64,000 nucleotides of DNA from Vairimorpha necatrix (lineage: Eukaryota): positions 1,178,001 to 1,242,000 of the forward strand of contig CP142726.1 of NCBI GenBank assembly GCA_036630325.1, written 5' to 3'. The notes under the pieces are model-generated. The model did not search any database and was not told the DNA's origin. It worked only from the letters and a program-made list of their open reading frames with translations. The translations under genes and the position numbers were made by a program. Each line of letters begins with the position of its first letter. Positions within the stretch are counted from its first letter, which is position 1. Positions 47,285-57,464 of the stretch are shown piece after piece.

Positions 47285-49009
47285 AGAAAAAAATAAATAA
47301 ATGTCTGTTTTGTATATACTATATTTATTCTGATTTGCTCTAAAATCTTTTGATATTTTTAATTTTTTATGTATAAACTTCTCTAATTACATAAGATTTA
47401 TGGAATTGTCTTTTTTTACACGTCAAAAATACAAAATTTTATAATGTACATTCTCTTCCGTCAAATAGCACAATAAAGGTTAATTTAAAAAAGCGAATGA
47501 AGTATGTTGCACTATCGTAATTTATCGGACTACCCGTAACGCTCTATAAATCTGTTTGTTTGGGAGCTCCTTCATCTGGCAATTTCTAGCATATTATTAT
47601 ATGCACTAACAGTAGTGACTCTCAAAAACTCGATGAAGATTAAATAGTAATTCTATATTTTTATATAACTCAATTAGGTATAGACATTTGTGTTTTTCAC
47701 CAAACCTATGACATTGGTATAATTATTTTTCTATTTTACAACTGAATTCCGTGTCGTGACGTGTGAAACAATTTAAAAAGCAAAAATACAATATATCTTC
47801 ATAATTTGATATCAATTTTCCGTATCTGCTGTTGTATAGCTCTTAAAATTTTTGTATGCTTTCTTGCGCGTTATTTCTTTTTTTTAGTATTTCATTCTAT
47901 TAGTTGTACAAATATTTTTTATCTAAAAGAATCTTATGACTGTGTTTTTAAAGTGTATACTGTTATTTATACTATACTTTTGTTGAGCAATATTACGTTT
48001 AATTCTTAAAATAAAATTTGGAGAAAAAAATCGGTTGAAAACTACTTAGATGGCCAAAAATTCAATGAAAAATTTGTTTTAGAAAAATGTCTTTTTCAAA
48101 AAAGATGTTATTGGAAGGAAAGATATAAAAATTTATTAATATTAAAAAAATAACTATCACAACGAAAATGTTTTTGATGTGGCTTAAACAAGCTCAGTCA
48201 GAATAACATGTATTTATTGAGAGGTAAATAGAAAAAAATGCAAACAGCTTCTCTCTCTATTTAAGAAAATAATATGTTTTACAATACACCTAAAAATAAT
48301 CACAATATGAGACAAAATAGCTTTGATAATTTATAGCGGAAATTTATATGCAAGTTGAAAATATACTAGTTTTACATTTGGCAAGCTAGATAAATAAAAT
48401 TAAATGAAATATTTTGAAAAATTTAAAAATAGAGCAAATTTGTAGAGTAGAAAGCTAAATCAAAAGGGGGAAATAAGTATCACAGGAAAAGCTTCAAGGG
48501 AGGTTTAGTCTTTTGTAATGGTATAGGACAATAACCTCTAAATGTTCAATTGGCAGAAGAGAAAAAATCGCAGTACTCCATTGCGCAATTATATTTATCA
48601 GAATTCTAGTGATTCTATAATTTTTTTGTGAAAGGCGTGCTTTTTTCTTGTAAAATATTATTATAAAGAGCACAATGATGTAAACTACGCTCTTTCAGTT
48701 GTAGAAAATAAAACAGCTGTATATGCTAATTCTAAGAAAAACAAATAACGTCTATGAAACTACTATGATAAATGAAGATGAAAACTTCTTGCATATTTTT
48801 CTATATTTGACTTTATTTTTTTCATAAGTAGAATCTAAAAAAAATAAATATATATATTTCTTTTGAAAGCCCAACTATGTCAGCCAGACATGGGCTTGAT
48901 ACAGATCAGGAAGGGGTCTTCGAGAGCCCAATGAGTGAATCTCGGAAGGAAGTCCTGGAACCGCCAGATGAGACTGCAAGCGGATCTTGTGAAAAATAAT
49001 TAATAAGCC

Positions 49010-52000
49010 TGTCAATAGATTTATTGTTGTCCTTCATCAAAATTAGGGGTTTATAAAATTTAAAAATAAATATCAACATCCCCCTTCTTAAAACATATCG
49101 TCAACTATTAATTTCAGCTGTGCAGCATGCCTTTTAAATCTTCTACAACCAACATCAATTAGGTAAGTGTTATTATCAAGGGAGTCAACTACCATTCCTC
49201 TGTTTAAGTATTTTGGAGCACCTTTTTTAATTATGCCTTCGTTCCTTATCATCACAACATCCCCCTTTTCGAATTTGTATTCCGCTGGTTTCCTTTCATG
49301 CTTTGTTTTGAATTTTAATATTTGACGTAGTTGTGTTTGTTTCAATTTCTCAGCATTTTCTTCATTACATGCTTCTGTTGGAGTCATTATAATTCCAGTG
49401 TGAAATGTGGTGTTGTATACGTGTAAGGCATGTATTAATCTTCGTGTCAGTAGTTTACCGGTAATATTCTTATAAATAAGGTCCTGTAAAGTCCTGTTAA
49501 AACGCTCTACCCTTCCATTTGATTGATGATGGAATGGTGAGGTATAATGCAGACTAATATTTTTGTCGGCACATAAATTTTTAACTGCATTTCCCAAATT
49601 TTCTTTAGATTGATCTAGAATTAATGTTTTTATCTTTAACTTTTCATTGATCTCTTTAATAAATTCTGCGACTTTTGAGGTTTCACGCGATTTAATTATC
49701 TTAGCAAATCCGTATCTTGTAAAATAATCAATTCCGGTGATAATGTATTGGTTATTAATAGGGCCAATAATATCAATGGCAACCTTCTCCCCCTTCTCGT
49801 ATGCTGTTACATATAAGAATCTTCTGTCCTTTTTTGGATTATATTTTGCACAAATAGTGCATCTTTTAATAACCTTTCTTATCACTTCTTCCACGTTTTT
49901 TACCTTAAATCCCCTTTTCTCGATTTCATACTTCATAGATTGTATCCCTCTATGCAAGAGCTCTTTATGAATTTGCTCTATCTGTTCTTCAAGGCAAACT
50001 GTTCTTTCAACTTCATTTATCGTAGGCCGTGAATCTAATTGTGGGAGAGGGCTAATTTCTGCTGAACAATTGGTAGGGTTTCGGCTCAGACAGTCTACGT
50101 GTGGTATCTCCTTTCCTTTTTTATACTTTATTTTAAAACTAAAATTAGCAATTCTCTCCAACCATCTTTGTATTCTTAACGACTTTATTTCTCCTTTATT
50201 TAGTGCCTCTAGGGCTTTATGGTCCGTTATGACTTCAAAATCAGTACCATACAAAAAATACTTAAAATGTTCCATGCCCCATAGTATTGCTAGGCATTCC
50301 TTTTCACTTATGCTGTATTTTATTTCCGTTTCCTGCAGTCTTCTGGATGCAAAAGCTACGGCTTTATCTTCACCTTCGAACTCTTGGGATAATATCGCAG
50401 CTATCCCACTGTTTGACGCATCTGTCTCTAATTTAAAGTGCTTATTAAAATCTGGTTGTGTCAATTCTGTGCTATGTTTAAGTGAATTTATGAGGGCTAG
50501 GAATGCATTGTTTTCTGCTTCTCTCCAGTAAAACGTCTTATCACCCTTTAACAAATCATAAAGGGGCCCGCCTATTAATGCACAATTGGGGATAAATTTT
50601 CTATAGTAATTTATCAGCCCTAGGAATTCCTGTACTTTCTTCTTATCTTTCGGAGGCTCTAGATCTTCGAGCGCCTGTGTTCGTTTCACACAAGGTAGTA
50701 CTTTATTATAGGTTATTTTGTGGCCCAAAAATTTCACTTCCTCTTTTTTGACTATTGATTTGTCCATATTTATATTCATATTATATTGTTTAAGTATATC
50801 TGTAACTCTCTTATATGCCTCGTCATGTTCTATCTCATTCCTACCAAAAACTAGAATGTCGTCCACATAGCAATAACATGACTTACCGAGCTCACTATTC
50901 AGAACATGATCCATATATCGTTGAAAAATAGCTGGGCTATTTTTAAATCCTTGTGGCATTACTGTCCACTCATATAGCACATGCTTGTATCGGAATGCTG
51001 TTTTGTGTCTATCTCTAACACTTAATGGTATCTGAAAAAATCCGTCTTTCAGGTCGATCGTGGAAAAAAACTTCATACCTCTTAAATTGCATAATATTTC
51101 GTCGATATTTGGTAACGAATAACGATCCAGTTCGACGAGATTGTTCAATGCCACCAAATTAGTCGTTATTCTAACCTTTCCATCCGGCTTTATTACTGGT
51201 CGAAGATTATTTAGCCAGGAGGAATTCGACTTACGAATGTATCCTTTCTCAATGAGTGTCTTTATAGATTTATCCGCTTCAACTTCTAGCTTTTTTGGTA
51301 AAGGGTATACCTTTTCCACAACCTTACATCCTTCTTTTGTTTTTATTTCACAAATATATTTAAATTTATCTTTGTTCATCACCTTCTTTATCGTGTTTAC
51401 TCCTATCAGAATTTTCTCAGATTTAACCTTTGGGAGGACATAGAAATCGGCCGTACAATTACTGTTTTTATATTTAAATTCTAGTGAAACATATTGTTTA
51501 ATACTAAATTGTTCTTCCAAACAGGTCCAGAATTTTATTTCCTCATTCAGTTCTTTAGGTATGAGTGATAGTCTTTGTATCACTGAGTAACTCATAAAAT
51601 TATATCTTGCACCAGTGTCAAATAAAACTGCAACTTTTACGTCTTTAACATAGATAAAACTCTCTTTATTTAAAATTTCTGCAATATCTTCGCTTATCTC
51701 ATTAATTCTCCTAGATCTATCGGTCTCTTTTCCGTTATTTCTATTTTCTGGGTACTTTCGACATGACCTAGCGAGATGACCCCGTCGTCCGCATTTATAA
51801 CATCCTGTAGACCTAGAATTTTCGTTAATTTTTAAAGCATTTAATCTTTCTAAAAGAGAATTTATGTTGTTCTTCTTGTCTACTTTTTTCTCTTTTTTCT
51901 TTTCTTCTTCCATGCTATGAATTCTCTGGAGTTCTCGAGCTCCTATTGATTTAACTGACCATAGATATTTTTTTATATCGCTATTACCTGCATTCAGTCC

Positions 52001-52455
52001 TTCTGCGATGATGTCTACAATATCTAAATCGCTCAACTTATAGATACTAGCCTTTTCTTTTACCCTTTCTATAAAGGCTATAATGCCTTCGTTCTCATCC
52101 TGGTTTAATCGGTATATCTCACCCAGGGAAATCTCTTTCTTACCAAATACTTCTTTGGCGGACTCTAACCATTTTTCATACATTAGAGCGCACTTTCTTC
52201 GCGACTCTAGAAACTCCTCATGCCATTCTATAATGGCGTAATCTGCTCTTCCTATGATGTATTCAATTTTATCTTCGTCATTCTTGTTGATGAAGAAAGA
52301 CATCATTCCAAGTCTCTTACATTCTTGAAGAAGGTTACGTTTTGTTATAACCATGTTTATGGGCTTTGATGTCCCATTCTCCACCATGTCAATAGATTTA
52401 TTGTTGTCCTTCATCAAAATTAGGGGTTTATAAAATTTAAAAATAAATATCAACA
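49010..52455 (-). mobile_element. Intact Ty3/gypsy retrotransposon, 3446 bp, identical 69-bp LTRs
   Basis: LTRs at 49010-49078 and 52387-52455 (TGTTGA...TTGACA), TSD AAGCC, PBS TGGTGGAGAATGGG and PPT AAGAAGGGGGA. Confidence 0.97.
49088..52414 (-). CDS. Gag-Pol polyprotein, 1108 aa, single uninterrupted ORF
   Basis: CCHC knuckle CYKCGRRGHLARSC, protease FDTGA, RT IDLKDGF/YVDD, RNase H ETDAS, and integrase HHCC plus DDE (IDYFTR, SNGRVER). The first ATG is inside the LTR after CCCCTAATTTTG. Confidence 0.95.
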   Translation of the reverse strand: MKDNNKSIDMVENGTSKPINMVITKRNLLQECKRLGMMSFFINKNDEDKIEYIIGRADYAIIEWHEEFLESRRKCALMYEKWLESAKEVFGKKEISLGEIYRLNQDENEGIIAFIERVKEKASIYKLSDLDIVDIIAEGLNAGNSDIKKYLWSVKSIGARELQRIHSMEEEKKKEKKVDKKNNINSLLERLNALKINENSRSTGCYKCGRRGHLARSCRKYPENRNNGKETDRSRRINEISEDIAEILNKESFIYVKDVKVAVLFDTGARYNFMSYSVIQRLSLIPKELNEEIKFWTCLEEQFSIKQYVSLEFKYKNSNCTADFYVLPKVKSEKILIGVNTIKKVMNKDKFKYICEIKTKEGCKVVEKVYPLPKKLEVEADKSIKTLIEKGYIRKSNSSWLNNLRPVIKPDGKVRITTNLVALNNLVELDRYSLPNIDEILCNLRGMKFFSTIDLKDGFFQIPLSVRDRHKTAFRYKHVLYEWTVMPQGFKNSPAIFQRYMDHVLNSELGKSCYCYVDDILVFGRNEIEHDEAYKRVTDILKQYNMNINMDKSIVKKEEVKFLGHKITYNKVLPCVKRTQALEDLEPPKDKKKVQEFLGLINYYRKFIPNCALIGGPLYDLLKGDKTFYWREAENNAFLALINSLKHSTELTQPDFNKHFKLETDASNSGIAAILSQEFEGEDKAVAFASRRLQETEIKYSISEKECLAILWGMEHFKYFLYGTDFEVITDHKALEALNKGEIKSLRIQRWLERIANFSFKIKYKKGKEIPHVDCLSRNPTNCSAEISPLPQLDSRPTINEVERTVCLEEQIEQIHKELLHRGIQSMKYEIEKRGFKVKNVEEVIRKVIKRCTICAKYNPKKDRRFLYVTAYEKGEKVAIDIIGPINNQYIITGIDYFTRYGFAKIIKSRETSKVAEFIKEINEKLKIKTLILDQSKENLGNAVKNLCADKNISLHYTSPFHHQSNGRVERFNRTLQDLIYKNITGKLLTRRLIHALHVYNTTFHTGIIMTPTEACNEENAEKLKQTQLRQILKFKTKHERKPAEYKFEKGDVVMIRNEGIIKKGAPKYLNRGMVVDSLDNNTYLIDVGCRRFKRHAAQLKLIVDDMF

Positions 52456-53020
52456 AAGCCGAATATTATACCCAAATAAATTATATATATTTCTTTTTGG
52501 CGGAAATGTTTTATGTATTCCTACATGTACTACATTTTTTTAATTATTATTCACACTTTAAAAACCAAGAAAGGTATTTTTTAATTTTTTTTTTTTTCAA
52601 CTGGAATTTATCCAAAATATGTAGTTTTAGCACTACTTAATTGAAGTATAAAAAACTATATACAAACTTAAAAAAAATTTAAGCGAGTAAACCTAATAGT
52701 GATTTTAATGTATACACTCACAATTTAGTATGATATTCATGTGAATAATATAAAAAATAATTATAATAATGCTATTTAAGATCGCGAGCCCAGGTGGTTA
52801 CTTGGGCCGGAATAATTACAACAAAAAAAGAAGTTTCTTTCTAAAATCATGCTCAAAAGAAGGTATGAAATACAATTATGAGCTGTTCCACATGTTTATC
52901 ACATAAACTTATACAAATATCACTAAATTTTTTAATTAAATAAAAAACAAAAAAATATTTATATCATTTAAATAAATACATTTTTCATAAATATTTATTT
53001 TACTGTTATTTTCAATTTTT

Positions 53021-56000
53021 TGTTGGATGGTTATAAATAGCAATATTATTAAAATACCCCTTATGTCTACTATTCCCAACATGGCACCCGATACGGAAAA
53101 CTCGTATAGAAGGATGGAAGCACCCAAATTCAGTTTAAAAAGTGCACTTGTAGATTGCATGAAGTTTGAGATATATTTTAAAGACAAAAATATAATTGTA
53201 GATGAGGAAAAAATAAACACCGTCCTATTATTTTCAGACGATGAAGCCGTTTATTTCTTGTACACAAACAAAGAAAATTTTACAAAAATTTCATGGCGAA
53301 CATTTAAGGGAAGAATAAAAAAATACATGGAAAGGAATGCTTTAGAGAAAATTTTAAAATCAAAACAAAAATATAATGAAGCAACAGCAACTTGGATAAA
53401 AAGAGTTCTTCCCCTGGCAAGTGCAGCCAACTTGCCTCAAGAATTTACTAAAATGCTTATTAAGAATACATGTGTTAACTTAGATTCAATGTTGATTATC
53501 CAAGAATGTTTGATGGAACGTAATATTTACAAAGAGAAAGAAATGATACTAAAAGATATAGATGAAGTGGAATATATTAAGAAAACTGTAAAAAAGATAA
53601 GAGCTAATAGAGAGACAGTAATGAGAAGAAAAAGCGTTTCAGAGCTAAGACATAAAGAACCCATTAAACAAACTGACAAAACTGAAATGAAAAAATTTAA
53701 TCAATTAGTAAAAGAGCCTATTGATTATAACAAAAGTGATAATGTAACTGAGATAAAACTAAACAGTGTAAATATCTCCGCTTTTATGGATGAAGGATCA
53801 GATGTGAACATCATCAATGAAAAGAAGGTAGAAGAAAGAGGACTTATTGCATTACCCTGTGAACATACAACAATAAAAAACGTGTTTGGGGTAGTAACAG
53901 AACTGACTAAAAAGGTAGAGGTAACATTAAAAATCAATGATATTATACTTACTCAGGAATGTTATGTAGGAGCTTTTAAGAATTCCAATGAAGATATAGT
54001 TATCGGCAGGCCAACTTTAAATAAAGTAAAAAAACTTTAAAATGAACTTTCAGAGCTTGTAAGAAAATTTCCAAGGGGTTTTGATGGAAAGACAAGTAAA
54101 GGATACACGGATATAATGTGTGAGATAAACACACCGATAGGTAAGAAAGTGAATATAAAATACATAAATATACCACAGGCCCTAATGAAAGGAGCACAAG
54201 AAACAATTAACAAATTATTAGAACAAGGATATATAGAATATTCGACATCAGCTTGGTGTAATCCCATAAGACCAGTATTGAAACCAGATGGCACTGTTAG
54301 AATTACAAACAATATGCAATTTCTGAATAACCTAGTTGAAGATAACAACTATACAATACCTGTAATTCAAAACATAGTAGATGCCACGCGAGGCAAGAGA
54401 TTTTTTACATTTATAGATTTGACAGATGCCTACTATCAAATACACCTAAAACCTGAACATAAATTTAAAACCGCATTTTATTTTAAAAATAAACTACACC
54501 AATACACACAGATGCCACAAGGCTTTAAGAATTCACCTGGCATGTTTCAAATGATAATTGATAGTTTACTAGAAAACCTCCTTGAAACTGCTTGTTGCGT
54601 CTATTTAGACGACATAATAATTTTTGGAACAACAGAAGAAGAACATGACAATAACCTTGCTAATGTTTTGACAATACTTGAAAAAAACAACTTCGAGGTC
54701 AACCCAACTAAATTATAATTTAAACAAGAAACTATTAAATTATTAGGAATGATGATCGATGGAAAGAAACAATATCCAATAGAACAACATCAAAAAGGTA
54801 TGAGATTTTAAAGTACCAACCACAGTTAATGAGGTACAACGATTTTTAGGATTAGCCAATTATTACAGAAGGTTTATCTCAAACCTAGCTACAATATCTG
54901 CTCCGCTTTATGAATTACTTAAAAAGAAGAATGAGTTTATATGGAAGGAGGAGCAACAAAAAGCATTTGATATTATTAAAGAAAGAATCAACAGTAAGAT
55001 TGCTAGACATATTCCCGACTACGACAAACTCTTTATACTATCCACCGACGCATCAAATACAGGAATTGGTGCATGCCTACAACAAGAGCACAAAAACGAA
55101 ATTGCAGTAGTAGATTGGGCATCAAAGAAACTGACAGATGCTGAGAAAAAATATGGAATTACAGAAAAGGAATTTCTGGCGATGGCTTGGAGTATTACAC
55201 ACTTTGATTATTATCTACGAGGAAGAAAGTTTAAAGTAATAACAGATCATTCTGCAATTTTATCTATGAAAGATAAACACATTTTTGGAAACCTACGACT
55301 AGAACGAATGAGATAAAAATTACAGGATTACGATTTCGAAATTGAATATCGAAAAGGCAAAGAACTAATAGACGCCGATGCAATTAGCAGGATTTATGAG
55401 GATCCAAAAGGAGTTGAAGAACTTAGAACTAAAAATAAAAACGTATTAATCGCTTCGGATGGGAAGTGGTACTATAAAGTAAATGAAAATGAAATTAGAT
55501 ATTTCCCCGAAGTTCTTGAAAGAAAAGACATTTTATATAAAGCACACGAAGTACACACCGCGCATGGTGGAATAAGTGCCATGACTTACGAATTAAAAAA
55601 GAACTATTATTGGCCAAAAATGACAGAATCAATAACAAACCATATCAAAAATTGCGAATCGTGTGTCCGAAATGATCAAAAAAGTTTAGGAGGTGAAGAA
55701 TTTGTAGAAACACAAAGACCGTTAGAAATATTTGGAATGGACCTAATGTTTATTGACCAGAAGACAACACTAATGACTTGTATAGATTACTATACACGTA
55801 GATGCAAGATAAAATCAATAAAATCAAAGCAAGCTAGCGTCTGTGCGAATGCAATGACCGAGATATTTGATGAAATTGGAGTTCCTGAGAAAGTTATCAC
55901 AGACAATGGAAAAGAATTCACAGCTACAACTGTAAAAGAAATAATGTCCAATATGTTAGTAAACCATCATAAAATATCCATAGATAAGCACCAGTCGAAT

Positions 56001-56555
56001 GGTAGGATAGAAAGATTACATAGGAAAATTTGGCAAGCATTAAAAAAAAATAGAATGTAATCAAAAGGAAACATTAGAAGAAATGTTATATGATGTAGAA
56101 AATAAAATTAATAATACATTTAATAGAGCAATAGGTTGTACCCCGAACGAAGCATGGGATGATCCTGATAATAAAACATTGAAAGAATTGAATAAAAAAG
56201 ATTCAAAATACGGAAAAGAATTTAAAAAACTTCCACGTGAAAAATTTAGAATTGAAGAACAAGTGTTTATTCAACAAAATCCAATGCAGGCACAGGACAA
56301 GCTCAACGATAAATACATTGAAGAGGGAATGATACATACTGTGTTAGAAAATGACTCTTACTTAGTAAAAGTAAACGATAAACTGATCAAAAAGAGCCAC
56401 TCTCAGCTCAAATCAGTACCAACTATATGATTGCTTGTTATAAAAGCCAAGTTATAAAAAAGTTAGCAGACCGTAAACGTATTTTTGGGCGGGATGTTGG
56501 ATGGCTATAAATAGCAATATTATTAAAATACCCCTTATGTCTACTATTCTCAACA
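53021..56555 (+). mobile_element. Degenerate Ty3/gypsy retrotransposon with 61-bp LTRs
   Basis: LTRs at 53021-53081 and 56495-56555 (2 mismatches), ATG at 53063 after CCCCTT, PBS TGGCACCCGA and PPT GGGCGGGA. The gag-pro, RT (YLDD), RNase H and integrase regions carry stops and frameshifts. No TSD. Confidence 0.93.
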
Positions 56556-56671
56556 CTTACAATTATCTTTAACAAATATAATCCAAAAAAGAATAAAAAA
56601 TTTGTTTTTGTGACGGCCCAAGAAGTAGGGGGAAAAGTAGCCATAGATATAATCGGCCCAGTAGAAAATCG
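56556..56671 (+). mobile_element. Older gypsy integrase fragment related to the intact element
   Basis: KYNPKKNKKFVFVTAQEVGGKVAIDIIGPVEN versus KYNPKKDRRFLYVTAYEKGEKVAIDIIGPINN. Confidence 0.85.
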
Positions 56672-57464
56672 TTTTTTTTCTTGCAAGTAAGGGTAGGGAG
56701 AAATTTTACATAGGAACCAGAGGGATTTGGGTGTGATCCTCATCCAACTGGTACTGTGAGATTCTTACTCACTAAAACTCCCTCCATACAACTTGCCGGT
56801 GCAGCAAGCTCCGCCGTATCCATTGGACTTTGGCTCCAGGAGACACTTATCATTTATACCTCAAATCGTGTCCAGAGTGACCTCACAGCGGATATACTTT
56901 ACAGGCATTGTTATCTATAACCCGAGGAGAGACATCATCGTACTGACTCAAAGGTCCCTACAATCATCCGTATTGCACACATGGCCCCTTACACGACCAC
57001 ATCCCCAGCCCGGCGTTTTTATTGGGCTGCGTTGACCACCAGTCTCCCACTAGTTTCGGCCACCGTGTCACAGAATCATGTAGGATAGGGTCCACGAGAC
57101 CTTCTATTGCCCTACTTCGTCTAGTCTCTTAGTTATCTCTAGGATCCCACTCTAGAGTGCACCAGCCATGGGCTCCAACTAAGCCGTACCCATTAAATAC
57201 TTTTATGTGTCATTAAGTCACCAAAGGGCGATACTGCTTTTTGACCTTGAGGTGCGTTTCTACACTAGATGCTAATCTTCTTGTGGCTGGACACACACAA
57301 GTTTTATTGAATCAACTTAATGATTATCGTGGACATTTTCATCATCTGAGTTGTTCCAACTGCATCATAGAAAGTAGAAACAATTTTGGTGCCCCTGGGA
57401 ATCGAACCCAGCCATTGCTCAATGGAAGCATAGCATTCAACCACTGTGCTAAGGGCACCTCACA
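56672..57464 (-). mobile_element. tRNA-headed SINE-like element (~790 bp)
   Basis: tRNA-like head with A and B boxes, a GC-rich body, an A8 tail and a candidate 7-bp TSD AAAATCG (56665-71, 57465-71). Confidence 0.8.
57387..57459 (-). ncRNA. tRNA-like Pol III promoter module (SINE head; non-canonical anticodon arm)
   Basis: GGTGCCC/GGGCACC acceptor stem, TAGCACAGTGG A box and CTGGG-TTCGATT-CCCAG T arm. Confidence 0.75.

Larger units (their letters stand above)
48865..52481 (+). mobile_element. 5'-truncated non-LTR retroelement fragment (~165 bp), split by the intact gypsy element
   Basis: 16-bp TSD tatatatatttctttt (48849-64, 52482-97). The GC-richer body is an open frame ending ...ASGSCEK*, followed by an aaataaat tail. 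Confidence 0.7.

Noticed and set aside
48940-48960. ggaaggaagtcc resembling RNase P CR-I
   Set aside because: There is no partner CR-V on the same strand, and the region is explained as a TSD-flanked retro-insert with an open frame.
57387-57459. Functional tRNA-Met(CAT) or tRNA-Gly(TCC)
   Set aside because: The anticodon loop lacks U33/purine-37 in the paired register, there is an extra base before the D arm, and no T-run terminator follows.
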